From the NCBI GenBank assembly GCA_947498785.1, contig CANMLS010000005.1, positions 150,951 through 214,950 of the forward strand: 64,000 bases of DNA, written 5' to 3'. The stretch is from an uncultured Aquimarina sp. GTDB taxonomy: Bacteria; Bacteroidota; Bacteroidia; Flavobacteriales; Flavobacteriaceae. Below the pieces are notes generated by a model. That model had not been told where the DNA came from. It saw nothing but the letters and a program-made list of their open reading frames with translations, and searched no databases. Of this stretch, positions 29,301 to 41,800 are shown in pieces (position 1 is the stretch's first letter; each line of letters opens with the position of its first letter). The position numbers were made by a program, and so were the translations under genes.

Positions 29301-32300
29301 AGCAACTCAAGTGATAGCAAAGGTGCGTAGTGTATTAAATATAGAGCTCAGTATTAAGGATATCTTTTATTATACAACGGTATCAGATTTGGCAACATAC
29401 ATTGTTAAGCAAAATAAAGGTTCTTCATTACCACAGATTTCTAAAGAGGAAAAGGTAACTCCAATTCCATTATCATTTAGTCAGGAACGTCTGTGGTTTT
29501 TAGACCAGCTACAAGGAAGTACAGAATACCATATTCCGATAACCTTCAATTTGGAAGGAGATTTACAAACCTCGTTTTTAGAGTCTTCTTTGAAAGAAAT
29601 TGTAACAAGACATGAGGTTTTACGAACTGTTATCGAATCAAAAGAAGGAATTCCTTACCAAGTTATACTACCTTCCGAAGATTGGCAATTATCTCTGGTT
29701 GAAACTACGACATCTGAGCTAGAAGATCAATTGATAGAATTTGTAAATAAACCATTTGACTTAGCAACAAATTATATGCTTAGAGGATGCCTATATCAAT
29801 TAGGGACTAACAAGTATACTCTTGCTCTTGTGCTACACCATATTGCTAGTGACGGATGGTCTGATGGTATTTTGATTCATGAATTAACATCATTATATGC
29901 TTCTAAAAGAGGAAGTCAGGACAAACCATTAAATGAAATTGTGCTTCAGTATACAGATTATGCAATCTGGCAAAGAAAGTATATAGAAGGGGAGTTTTTA
30001 GAATCTCAATTACAGTATTGGAAAGAAAAACTTACGGGTATAATCCCATTAGGTTTACCATTAGATTTTCCAAGACCGTCAATTCAAAGTACCACAGGTG
30101 CTGATTTGCAATTTGAATTGAAAAAAGAGCTTAGATCACCAATAATGGCAATATGTAAAGAAAAAGGAGTTACACCATTTATGCTTCTACTTGCAGTCTT
30201 CAAAGTATTGATGTATCGATATAGTGGGCAAAAAGACTTTGCTGTAGGAACTTCTATAGCCAATAGAACACATACAGAATTAGAGGGACTCATAGGTTTT
30301 TTTGTCAATACACTTACCATTAGAAGTAATCTTGAAAACAATCCTACTTTTGACGAAGTATTGAAACAAGTAAAAGAAACTACGATAGAAGCTTTTGATC
30401 ATCAATCTGTTCCTTTTGAACGTATAGTTGAAAAGGTATTAGATGCTCGAGACATGAGTATGAATCCATTGTTTCAGGTCATGTTTGAATTTCAGGAGAT
30501 ACCAGAATCATTTGATATAGAGTTAGAAGGGGTAAATCTATCACCTTATCCGTATAAAAATGAGACCTCTAAGTTTGATCTAATAATGACCACTGTTGAT
30601 ACAGGTCTTGGTTTCGTATTAAATTTTGAGTATTGTACTGATTTATTTACAGAGGAAACCATGCTTAGAATGGCTGGTCATTATCAGGAGTTATTAAGAA
30701 GCGTTATATACGATACCAGTGAGAAAATAGCAGTTTTGCCAATGCTGCTTGAGAGAGAAAAAGAACAAATCCTCCATGGTTTTAATGACACCAAAGTTGA
30801 TTACCCGTTAGACAAAACGGTAATTGAAATATTTGAAAACCAAGTACAAAAAACTCCAGATAATATTGCAGTTGTATTTCAAGGCTACGAAATAACCTAT
30901 GCAGAACTTGATGCAAGATCAAATCAATTAGCACATTATTTAAAGGATTATGGGATAGTAGAAGATATGGCTGTGGCGATTTGTATAGAACGATCTATAG
31001 AAATGATCATTGGCGTTTTGGCGATACTAAAATCTGGAGGGGCTTACGTTCCTATAAAACCAGATTATCCAAAATCACGCATTGAATATATCTTGAATGA
31101 AATAGAAGCTACAATTGTGCTTACTGACATCTCTGGCAAAGACATTATTTCTAAAATACCTTACATCGAAGCTCTGGTTTTGGATGAAAAAGAAACGGTA
31201 TATGCAAATCATCCAAAAACAACTTTAGAAGTATCAATTTCACCAGCATCCTTATCATATCTAATTTATACATCAGGAAGTACAGGTAAACCCAAAGGAG
31301 TGATGATAGAGCATTTAGGACTCTTAAATCATTCGCTACTTATGATTGATAATTTTGAAATGGATTCAAATAGTGTTGTGGCCTTTACAGCACCTTTTAC
31401 CTTTGATATATCAGTATGGCAAATGTTAAGTGGGTTGTTGTGTGGTGGTCGAATTATTGTCTATTCAGAAAAATTGATTCAGGAACCATCTCTGTTTCTA
31501 GAGTCATTACAAAGAGATAAAATTAATCTATTACAGCTGGTTCCATCATATATGTCCAGCTTATTGGAGATAAGTTCTGAAAATGATTTACAAAAACTAA
31601 ACTACTTTTTAGTTACAGGAGAAGCAGTGGCTACAGCATTATTGTCATCATGGTTTGATAAGTATCCAAACATTCTGGTTGTTAATGCTTATGGTCCCAC
31701 AGAAGCATCAGATGATATAAGTTTTCATTTTATGTATGAAGCACCAGATGCAGTAAATGTTTCCATAGGAAAACCTGTAGCTAATATGCTATTATATGTT
31801 GTAGATGTTTCTAATAATTTATGCCCTATTGGTGTGCAAGGTGAGTTATGTGTCTCTGGAGTAGGAGTAGGTAGAGGATATCTTAATGATGAAGAAAAAA
31901 CAAGTAAGAGTTTTGTGACTAATCCATTCTTTAATGATCCACAATTTAGAATGTATAAAACAGGAGATTTGGCACGTTGGCTACCCGATGGGAGTTTGGA
32001 ATATTTAGGGAGGAAAGATGATCAGGTAAAAATAAGAGGGCATCGTATCGAATTAGGGGAAATAGAAAGCGTTTTAGTTCAAAAGGAAGAAATATATAAA
32101 TGCTGTGTACTTGCCAAAGAAGATTCTCGCATGGGTAATCGCTTGGTAGGTTATGTGGTATGTCAAGGAAAGTTTAAAAAGAAAGAAGTTCAGGAATATC
32201 TAAAATCTAAGTTACCTGATTATATGGTACCTGCAATATGGGTTGAGCTGGAAACTATGCCATTGACAGCTAATGGAAAAACTGATAAGAAGGCATTACC

Positions 32301-32613
32301 CAATCCAGATATTACTAAACTTTCTACACAAGAATATATAGCGCCAAGAAATGAAACCGAAAAAGAACTAATCAATATCTGGAAAGAATTACTTGGTGTT
32401 GATAAAATAGGAGTATATGATGATTTTTTCGAATTAGGAGGGCATTCATTATTAGCAACTCGTCTAGTGTCTATAATTCGAAAGAATTTGAAAGTAGAAT
32501 TGATAATTAGAGACATTTTTGAATTTACCACTATAGAAGAACTAGCTGGTCATATAGATCTTTTACTGCTCGATCAGGGAGAAGAAGAATATGCCTTAAC
32601 CATGAACATATAA
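26149..32613 (+). CDS. NRPS, two modules: docking-C-A(Phe)-T-C-A(diamino-acid-like)-T
   Basis: Uninterrupted ORF. I prefer the ATG at 26149 (MKNNVFDIL...), 10 nt after the upstream stop, over the TTG at 26128 used by the ORF track. Confidence 0.95.
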   Translation: MKNNVFDILKRANKEGIRIELTNNSLSIKSENEKIDSELLKDIKSYKTSIVDHLKKYKNEFKTPSIISSIGAYDRATINKIPLSFNQERLWFIDKLQEGSAEYHMPLILKLKGNINEAVLDSALQEIISRHEILRTTIYTEEGIGYQLIKSIDQWRLIFQTYHKHVEIEEAIEAFVKTPFDLSQDYMVRACLYRLNQEECFLALVFHHIVADGWSHSIIIKEFNELYNARLKQRSPKLEPLPIQYADYGIWQKSYFDEVELEKQLIYWKTQLREVSNLILPLDYKRPSVQSTKGASYSFKLDDELCQEVIQLSDQEGVTLFMLLLSAFKIVLHRYSGQDDICIGTPIANRTVAELEGLIGFFVNTLAIRSDFSDDPTFIDILKKVKKTMLNAYEYQMVPFEKVVDAVVGTRDMSISPLFQVMFALQDTPEEIVLDGVDISIHEYKNSTSKFDFTMVVINNQSSLSLEVEYCTDLFKESTIHQMIVHYQQILKSIVKNPKERIGLLPMLTTTEEEQLLAAFNATQVTYPKDKTIVDLFVDRVNKQPENIAIVCNNRHITYKELDEASSRLANFLWSNYDIAKEDLIGVKLERSEWLIIAFLAVLKTGAAYVPIDPNYPKERIAYIESDSNCSGIIDDNLLQKFIQNEESYHTELPQIDIETNNLAYVIYTSGSTGKPKGVLIEHRGIINTILSQINDFFIKKTDHCLQFSNQSFDASIWEILISLLGGAKLFIIDENVKSDTNQFVEYIQDNKITFATLPPAFLKLIDCEQIQCINTLITAGEEAPLEQVKKISKSGTYINAYGPTETSICATTYRGNITSSVPIGKPISNTETYILDKNQQLLPIGCVGELCISGNGLARGYLNQEALTNEKFIPNPFFARDRIYRTGDLAKWLPDGNIEFIGRADNQVKIRGYRIELGEIEGVLHEIPEIDQSVVLAKEDVSGNKRLVGYVVTKKVFNKELIEEQLKSKLPEYMVPRLWISLDTIPITSNGKVDKKNLPDPDMSNYATAAYVAPRNETEEQLVTIWEALLNTNTIGIHDDFFELGGHSLLATQVIAKVRSVLNIELSIKDIFYYTTVSDLATYIVKQNKGSSLPQISKEEKVTPIPLSFSQERLWFLDQLQGSTEYHIPITFNLEGDLQTSFLESSLKEIVTRHEVLRTVIESKEGIPYQVILPSEDWQLSLVETTTSELEDQLIEFVNKPFDLATNYMLRGCLYQLGTNKYTLALVLHHIASDGWSDGILIHELTSLYASKRGSQDKPLNEIVLQYTDYAIWQRKYIEGEFLESQLQYWKEKLTGIIPLGLPLDFPRPSIQSTTGADLQFELKKELRSPIMAICKEKGVTPFMLLLAVFKVLMYRYSGQKDFAVGTSIANRTHTELEGLIGFFVNTLTIRSNLENNPTFDEVLKQVKETTIEAFDHQSVPFERIVEKVLDARDMSMNPLFQVMFEFQEIPESFDIELEGVNLSPYPYKNETSKFDLIMTTVDTGLGFVLNFEYCTDLFTEETMLRMAGHYQELLRSVIYDTSEKIAVLPMLLEREKEQILHGFNDTKVDYPLDKTVIEIFENQVQKTPDNIAVVFQGYEITYAELDARSNQLAHYLKDYGIVEDMAVAICIERSIEMIIGVLAILKSGGAYVPIKPDYPKSRIEYILNEIEATIVLTDISGKDIISKIPYIEALVLDEKETVYANHPKTTLEVSISPASLSYLIYTSGSTGKPKGVMIEHLGLLNHSLLMIDNFEMDSNSVVAFTAPFTFDISVWQMLSGLLCGGRIIVYSEKLIQEPSLFLESLQRDKINLLQLVPSYMSSLLEISSENDLQKLNYFLVTGEAVATALLSSWFDKYPNILVVNAYGPTEASDDISFHFMYEAPDAVNVSIGKPVANMLLYVVDVSNNLCPIGVQGELCVSGVGVGRGYLNDEEKTSKSFVTNPFFNDPQFRMYKTGDLARWLPDGSLEYLGRKDDQVKIRGHRIELGEIESVLVQKEEIYKCCVLAKEDSRMGNRLVGYVVCQGKFKKKEVQEYLKSKLPDYMVPAIWVELETMPLTANGKTDKKALPNPDITKLSTQEYIAPRNETEKELINIWKELLGVDKIGVYDDFFELGGHSLLATRLVSIIRKNLKVELIIRDIFEFTTIEELAGHIDLLLLDQGEEEYALTMNI
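26389..29400 (+). other. NRPS module 2: C-A-T, A code DAWTIAAICK (identical to GrsA Phe)
   Basis: PLSFNQERLWFIDKL, HHIVADGWS, LAYVIYTSGSTGKPKG, SFDASIWE, ITFATLPPAF, LITAGEE, NAYGPTETSICAT, and T-domain Ser codon 29293-29295. Confidence 0.8.
29464..32560 (+). other. NRPS module 3: C-A-T, A code DIWQLTADDK (diamino-acid-like)
   Basis: PLSFSQERLWFLDQL, HHIASDGWS, FTFDISVWQ, NAYGPTEASDD, and T-domain Ser codon 32446-32448. Confidence 0.8.
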
Positions 32614-32623
32614 TTTTATTGAA

Positions 32624-32800
32624 ATGAGTAAAAAGATTCTAGACCTTTTAAAAAGATTACATAAAGAAGGAATTAAAATAGAGCTAGATCAAGGTTCCTT
32701 ATCTATAAAATCAAAACAAGATAGTATTGAATCGATATATCTTGAAGAAATAAAAACATATAAACAAGATATTATATCCTACCTAGAAAAACATCAAAGT
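32624..32800 (+). other. TubC-type N-terminal docking domain
   Basis: ILDLLKRLHKEGIKIELDQGSLSIKSKQDSIESIYLEEIKTYKQDIISYLEKH is clearly paralogous to the 26149 N-terminus. Confidence 0.6.
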
Positions 32801-35800
32801 TCAACAGAAAAAAATAGTAATCTGTTAAAAAAATCAATCACTCCTTTTGACCGTAAATCCATAAACAAATTCCCATTATCATTCAGTCAGGAGCGATTAT
32901 GGTTTATAGATCAGTTAGAAGGCAGTGTTGCATATCATATTCCTGTTGTTTTAAGATTACAAGGGGACTTGAGCGTTTCGAATCTTCAAAGTTCATTGAA
33001 AGAAATATTATCTAGACACGAAGTACTGCGAACCATAATCAAAACCGAAGAAGGCGAAGGAAGTCAGGAACTTCTATTTCCAGATGATTGGAGTATGGAT
33101 GTGATAAAAGCAATGCCATCGTTTGATATGGATAATGTATTAAAAAACTTTATTGATCAACCTTTTGATCTGTCGAAGGATTACATGATGAGAGCTTGCT
33201 TGTATCAGTTAACTACAGATGATTATCTTCTTGCAGTTGTTTTTCATCATATCTCTAGTGATGGTTGGTCAGACATTATATTAATCAATGAATTTGTAGA
33301 ACTATATGCCGCAAAAAAGGAAAAACGCAGTCCGTCATTAAACGAGTTGTCACTGCAATATATTGATTATGCACTATGGCAAAGGGAATACATTAAAGAT
33401 GAAGTTTTGGATGAAGAACTATCCTATTGGAAAAACCAACTAACAGGAATTTCTCCATTGCTATTACCTACAGATTATCAGCGACCGTTGATTAAAAGCA
33501 ATTCTGGATCAGGATTCTCATACGAATTGGATGTGCAATTAAGTAATGCCATATCCAAATTGTGTAAAGAGCAACAAGTAACATCATTTATGGTATTATT
33601 ATCTGCTTTTAAAATAATACTGGCCAGATATAGTCATCAGCAGGATATTTGTGTGGGTATACCAATTGCAAATAGAACTCAGGCCGAATTAGAAGAATTA
33701 ATAGGTTGCTTTATCAATTCACTCGCTTTACGAAGTACCATTGATAATGAACTTCTTTTTATTGATTTATTACAAGAAGTGAAGAAAACTACATTAGAGG
33801 CTTATGATCATCAGTTGATCCCTTTTGAAAAAGTTGTAGATCATGTTGTTGATAGTCGTGATATGAGTACTAGTCCTTTGTTTCAGGTAATGTTTGTTTT
33901 ACAAAATACGCACTCAGAAACAGAAATAAAATTGGATGGACTAACCTTGTCTCCCTATGAACAAAAAAATACAACTGCCAAATTTGATCTTACTTTTACT
34001 ATAGAAGAAACAGCCTCTGGATTTTCATTATGGGTAGAATATTGTACCGATTTATTTAAGAAAGAAACCATACAACGTATGGTAGTGCATTATGAAGAAT
34101 TATTAAAAAATATTGCTCAAAATCCAGAAATAAAAGTCAGTAATTTATCGATGATTACAGAAACAGAAAAAAAAGAACAATTAAGTTCTCTTACAACAAC
34201 ATCGATAAATTACCCATTGGATCAAACAGTAGTAAGTTTATTTGAAAATCAGGCACAACAAAACCCAGATGCAATAGCTGTAGTATATGAGGATGATAAA
34301 CTTACTTACAAAGAATTAAATGAACGATCGAATCAATTAGCAAATTATTTGATTGCTATCGGATTAGAAAGAGAAGAGTTGGTTCCCATTTGTGTTGAAC
34401 GTTCTTTGGACATGATCGTCGGAATGATTGGCGTTATGAAAGCAGGAGGAGTTTATGTACCTCTGGACTCCAGTATGCCAAAAGATCGAATTGATTTTAT
34501 TTTGGAAGATACCCAAGCACAAGTAATGCTTACTCAATCATCCTTGTTTTCTTTTTTTAAAGAGAATAACAGTATAAAAAGAATCTTTTTGGATCAACTT
34601 GCTTACAAAGAGTATTCTATATCAGAAACTAAAATAAAAATTCTTCCAGAGCATTTGATTTATGTCATTTATACCTCAGGAACCACCGGAGTGCCAAAGG
34701 GGGTTTTATTAGAGCATCGTAATGTAGTACGCTTATTCTTTAATGACAATACATTATTTGACTTTAATAAACAGGATGTATGGAGTATGTTCCACTCTTT
34801 TAGTTTTGACTTTTCTGTATGGGAGATGTATGGAGCTCTATTATACGGAGGAAAATTAGTGATTGTTCCTAAATCTCATACTCTAGATACAGCATTATTT
34901 TCAAAATTTATAGAAAAAGAAGGAATAACAGTTTTAAATCAAACTCCATCAGCGTTTAAAGTCTTACAGGAAGAAGCTTTAACCAAAAATATGAAGTCTT
35001 CGATTCGATATTTGATTTTTGGAGGAGAAGCTTTAAACCCTTCAATATTAGAAGAATGGAATGTAGTATACCCAGATTGTAAAATTATTAATATGTACGG
35101 AATTACAGAGACTACTGTGCATGTAACTTATAAAGAAATCACAGAAAAAGAAATAGAAAAAAATGTTAGTAATATAGGTACATCATTACCCACGTTGGGA
35201 TGTTTAGTATTGGATGAGAATCAACAAATTGTTCCTATTGGTGTTGCAGGAGAATTGTATGTTTTGGGAGCTGGAGTAGCAAGAGGGTACCTTAATCGCC
35301 CTGAATTAACAAAAGAACGCTTTAGAAAACTAAGTCTAGAGGGTTTAAATGAAACTCCTAGTTACAGATCTGGAGATTTGGTTAGAATGTTGGATACAGG
35401 AGAATTAGAATATTTGGGTAGAATTGATACCCAGGTAAAAATTAGAGGATATAGAATAGAGCTGGGAGAGATAGAAGTGCAGCTAGAAAAATTAACTTCA
35501 ATAAAACAATCAGTAGTCTTAGCCAAAGAAGATAAAAACGGAAATAAAAGACTAGTTGCGTATATCGTATCTGAACAAAAGATCAATAGAGAAGAAATCA
35601 TAGAAGAGTTAGGAAATAAACTTCCTGAATATATGGTGCCTCAGTTATATGTACCCTTAGAATCTTTTCCACTTACTTCTAATGGAAAAATCAATAGGAA
35701 ATCTTTTCCTGAACCACCAGAAAATGCTTTTATAAGAGATGAATATATAGCTTCAGAAAATGAAGAACAAGAAATCCTTGTCGAAATTTGGAAGAACCAT

Positions 35801-38800
35801 TTGAATTTGAATACCGTGGGAATTACTGATGACTATTTCAGGATAGGAGGGGATTCTATAACCATGATCAGATTAATAAGTGAGGTGAATAAAAAATTTG
35901 AAGCAGCTATAAAAATAGCATCATTTTATGCAAACCCAACGATTAAGGGATTATCCAAATTGATTTATATAGAGTCTTCTGAAGAAAAAGAAAAACTGAT
36001 ACTTGAGATTGATAATTATTTAGAGCAATTACATCAAGATGTAAGAAATGCCCACCCAGATTCAGATTGTATTGAAGCAGTGTATCCGATGAGTGATATT
36101 CAAAAAGGAATGCTCATTACTTCTCAAAAAGGAATTGAATCTGGTGATTTTGGAATATATCATGATCAGTTTGTAGATCAAATACCATTGGTTGATATCG
36201 AGCTATTACAAAAATCTTTACATCTTTTAGTCGCAAAACACGAGACCCTGAGAACAGGATTTGATTTTTATGATTTTGAAGAACCAATACAAATAATATA
36301 TATACAAGTAGATAATACAATCGGTTATGACGATATTTCTAAAAAAGAGACTTCAGAAAAAGAAAAATATATAAAAGATTTTTTATTAAAAGAGCGAAAA
36401 TTCAATCCTTTTCAGATTAATAGTGCACCTCTATGGCGAATCAATATTTTTAAAGTCAATGACACAGAAATGATTTTTGTGATACAATTTCATCATGCAA
36501 TATTAGATGGATGGAGCGAAAAATCATTAAAAGTAGAATTGTTTAATACTTACGAAATATTAAAACAAAAGCCATTATATATTCCAATTCCTTTACGTTG
36601 TAAAATGAGAGATAGTATATTGTCAGATTCGGTAGAGCAGCAACATACTGAAAATAAAGAATATTGGAAAAAAGAATTAGAAGGTTTTAAGAGGTTAAAC
36701 ATTTTTACCGAGGAATCGAAGATAGAAATGATAACAAAAGATTATGATGATGATTTTAAAGATAAATTATTAGAACAGTGTAAAAATGATGGTATTTATC
36801 CAAAAGCCTTGTTTTTTAGCGCTTATATATATGTGTTAAGCATGCTTTCTGGAGAAAAAGATGTAACAGTTGGAATTGTTACTAATAGAAGACCAATGGT
36901 GGATGATGGAGATAAATTATTAGGTTGTTTTTTGAATACAATACCATTCCGTTTTGAGATATCATCAGATATAGAAAATTGGAGAGAATATATCCAGTTA
37001 GTAGATCAGAAAATTAAGGAATTAAAAGGTAAGGATAGATTGTCTTTATTAGAAATTTCCAAGCAAACGGGTCATATCCATTACAATAACCCATATTTTG
37101 ATGTTCTTTTCAATTTTGTAGATTTTCATGTATTCAATCAAATAGAGAATAAAACCCTCTTGACACAAGAATTAAAGGAAAAGATTAATATAGAAGATGA
37201 TTTTGAGCGAACGAATACATTTTTGGATCTTAATGTCAGTCTTACTTTTAATCGATTACAAGTTGGTATAACACAATCCAGAACATTAAAATCAGGACAC
37301 TCAATAGAAGATTTTTACAGATATTTTGATGAGTTTTTAAATAATTATTTAAATGCTGGTCATAAGGAGTTAGATAGTACCAGTTTATTACAAGAATCAG
37401 AAAAAATTGAATTAATAGAAGTTTTTAATAAAACTAAAACTTCTTATCCAAAAACTAAAACAATAGTCGATTTGTTTGTAGATCAGGTAAGTAAAACTCC
37501 GAATCATATTGCAATTGTTTTTGAAGGAAAAGAAATTACATATAAAAATCTGGATGAGTTATCTAATCAATTAGCACATTATTTATTATCCAATTATGAG
37601 ATAAAAATAGAAGATTTAATAGGAGTTAAGCTAGACCGTAGTGAGTGGTTAGTCATTTCAATGTTGGCAATCTTAAAAACTGGTTGCGCCTACATACCTA
37701 TTGATCCCAGTTACCCCCAAGAACGAATATCTTATATCATACAAGATAGTAAGTCTAAAATTGTTATTGATGAGGTGTTTCTACAAAAGTATAAACAATC
37801 TGCTAAAGTCGAAAAGATAGTATTACCAAAGGCAAATATACATTCTGACAATTTGGCTTATGTTATTTATACCTCAGGATCCACTGGTAAACCAAAAGGA
37901 GTACTTGTAGAGCATAGCAGTTTGGTGAATTTGTGTATCTGGCATCAGGAAACATATTCTGTCACAGAACAAAGTAGAGGGGCTTTATTTTCTGGAGTAG
38001 GATTTGATGCTTCAGTTTGGGAAATATACCCATATTTATTGAAAGGAGGAACATTATATCCAATCAATAAAAAAGAAGAACGTTACGATATTTTCTGGTT
38101 AATAGACTTTATTACTGCACACAAGGTTTCTCACATTTACCTTCCTTCTCAGGTTTGTCAAGATATAGTTGATGAGGAGGTAGTATTAAATGGAATAACA
38201 ATTCTAACAGGAGGAGATACTCTCAAATTGACTAAAGCTACATCTTTGCAGATTTATAATAACTATGGTCCTACTGAGAATACGGTAGTCACTTCATTCT
38301 ATAAACTACCAGAAAATTATATTAATACGATTCCGATCGGAAAACCGATTTCTAATACCTCAATTTATATTTTAGGATCTGCTAATGAATTACTACCATT
38401 AGGAGTAGTAGGAGAGTTATGTGTTTCGGGAGCAGGAGTTGCAAGAGGTTATTTAAATAAAGAAAACCTCACCAATGAAAAATTCATATCCAATCCATTT
38501 GTAAAAGGAGAACGAATCTATAAGACAGGAGATTTGGCAAAATGGTTGCCTGATGGAAATATAGAATTTATCGGAAGAAAAGATGATCAGGTAAAGATTC
38601 GGGGATACCGTATAGAACTGGGAGAAATAGAAAATTTATTACAAGAAATACCAGAAGTATTTCAATCTATAGTATTGGCAAAAAAAGATATCTATGGGAA
38701 TCGCCGTTTAATCGGTTATCTCGTTACAGAAAAGGCGTTAGATAAGAAATCAATTCAGGATTGCTTACAGTCAAAATTACCAGATTATATGATTCCGAAG

Positions 38801-41800
38801 CTTTGGGTAGAGCTAGAATCTTTACCAATAACATCTAATGGAAAAATAGACAAAAAATCATTACCAGATTTTGATGAATCAGAGCTTTCTGCACAAAATT
38901 ATGTAGCGCCACAAAATAAGATAGAGGAAAATTTATGTAAGATATGGCAGGATTTACTTGGCATAGAGCGCGTGGGGATATATGATAACTTTTTTGAATT
39001 GGGTGGCCATTCTTTGTTGGCAACAAGGCTAATATCTATACTTCGAAAATCTATGGAATTGGAAGTGAAAATCAAAGATATTTTTGAGTACACAACAGTG
39101 TCAGAATTAGGGAATTATATCTCTAAAAAATCGAATGGTAGATTATTACCTCAAATTGTTAAACAAAAACCAAATAAGGATATTCCGTTATCATACAGTC
39201 AGGAACGGTTATGGTTTTTAGATCAACTTCAAGGAAGTGTAGAATATCATATTCCGATACTATTAAAAATACAAGGAGATGTCGATGTACAGGATATGGA
39301 ATCTACCTTAAAAGAAATAATAACCAGACATGAAATATTAAGAACTGTAATCAAGTCTGATGAAGGAGTAGGATACCAAAAAGTGATTCCTGCAGAAGAT
39401 TGGAAGATGGATATTATAAAAACAGCTTCATTAGAATCTTTAGAAAATAGTGTTACCTCTTTCATTGAACAACCTTTTGATCTATCAAATGACTATATGT
39501 TTAGAGCTTGTTTATTGAAGCAAGAAGAGGGAGAATATATTTTGGCTGTGGTTATTCATCATATTTCGAGTGATGGTTGGTCATATAATATTTTAGTTAA
39601 AGAACTTGTAGAATTATATGCCTCAAAAAAGGAAAATCGAAATTCAAGATTGAACGATTTGTCATTGCAATATTCAGATTATGCATTGTGGCAACGTAAA
39701 TATTTGGATGGAGATATTTTAGAAACTCAATTATCGTATTGGGAAAATCAATTACAAGATGTACCTCCGTTAATGTTTCCAACAGATTATACAAGACCTT
39801 CAATACAAAGCACTGCGGGTTCAGAATTATCGATAACATTGGATAAAAAGTTGAGAGATGCTCTAAATGCTTTGGCCAAAGAAGAAGGAGTAACGCTGTT
39901 TATGGTACTTCTAACCGCTTTTAAAATAGTCTTATATCGATACAGTGGTCAAAAAGATATTTGTGTAGGGACTTCAATTGCTAATAGGACACAAGCAGAG
40001 TTAGAGGGAATAATAGGTTTCTTTGTGAATTCACTAGCAATTCGAACCGATCTAGATGATAATCCAACATTTAGTGATTTATTAAATCAGGTGAAAACAA
40101 CAACTTTGGAAGCTTATGAACATCAGTCGGTTCCTTTTGAGAAAGTTGTAGATCGAGTTTTAAACACTCGTGATATGAGTAAGAGTCCATTGTTTCAGGT
40201 AATGTTTGAATTACAAAATGTTCCCATATCAGAAGAACTGGAGTTAGATGGATTACGCTTATCACCATACGAGACAAAAACGAATACTGCTAAGTTTGAT
40301 TTTACAGTGACAAGTTTTGATACCGGAACTAACCTTTTGATAGATATTGAATATTGTACAGCCTTGTTTCGTGAAGAAACAATTCAACGTATGATGAATC
40401 ACTACAAAGAAATACTAAAAGGTATCGTTGAAAATTCTAATACTAAGATAGATACTTTATCCATGTTGTCTAAAGAAGAAAAACGACAGCTTCTTTATGG
40501 CTTTAATGATACTATTACCGACTACCCTTTAGATAAAACTGTAGTTGACATTTTTAAAGATAAAGTAAAAGAAATTCCAGATGCCATTGCAGTTATACAT
40601 GAAGAAGAAATACTGACGTATAGAGCATTAGATGAACGTTCAAATCAACTTGCTCATTACTTGCGATCTCAAGGTGTTGGTAAAGATATTTTAGTTGGTA
40701 TTTGTTTAGAACGTTCTTTGGATATGATTATCGGGATTTTGGCAGTTTTTAAGGCAGGAGGAGCATATGTACCCATGAAACCAGATTATCCAGAATCACG
40801 TATCAATTATATTTTAAATGAAATAAGAAGCACTATCGTTTTAACTGATATAGTAAGTGCCGCTGTTATTCCATTGGCAGAGAGTAGAAACATCTTTGCT
40901 CTGGATGCAAATAAAGATATGCTTTCAGAATATCCCATAACTCCATTATCTATATCCATCTCTCCTTCATCACTATCTTATGTAATCTATACTTCTGGTA
41001 GTACGGGTAAACCAAAAGGAGCTATGATAGAGCATAAAGGGATGTTAAACCATTTATATGCAAAGATTGAAGGCTTAGATATGAATGCAGAAAGTGTTGT
41101 GGCTTTTACAGCTCCCTTTACATTTGATATATCAGTATGGCAGATTTTTAGTACTTTGATTATAGGAGGAAAGATTATAGTGTATAAAGAAGAATATGTA
41201 CAAGACCCTTTATTATTATTAAACTCCATTGAAAAAGAAGATGTTAATATCCTTCAAATTGTACCTTCTTATGTGTCATCTCTATTAGAAATTGATTCAA
41301 ATGATGTTTTGAATCAATTAAAATATTTTATCGTTACTGGTGAAGCAGTATCAGCATCACTATTAACTGCTTGGTTTGAAAAATATCCAACTATTCCGGT
41401 AGCAAATGCTTATGGCCCTACTGAAGCATCAGATGATGTGAGTACTCACTTTATGTATGAAGCTCCAGATGTACTTAACGTTTCCATAGGTAAGCCTATG
41501 TCTAATATGCAGTTATATGTAGTAGATCAATCTAATAATTTATGTCCGATAGGAGTGCAGGGTGAATTATGGGTTTCTGGTGTTGGAGTAGGAAGAGGAT
41601 ACCTTAATGATGAAGAAAAAACAGACAAAAGTTTTATAACCAATCCTTTTATCAACACAGAACGGGTATATAAAACTGGGGATTTAGCAAAATGGTTACC
41701 AGACGGAAGTTTAGAATATTTAGGTAGAATTGATGATCAAGTAAAGGTTCGCGGACATAGGATCGAGTTAGGAGAAATTGAAAATGTTTTATCTAAAGAG

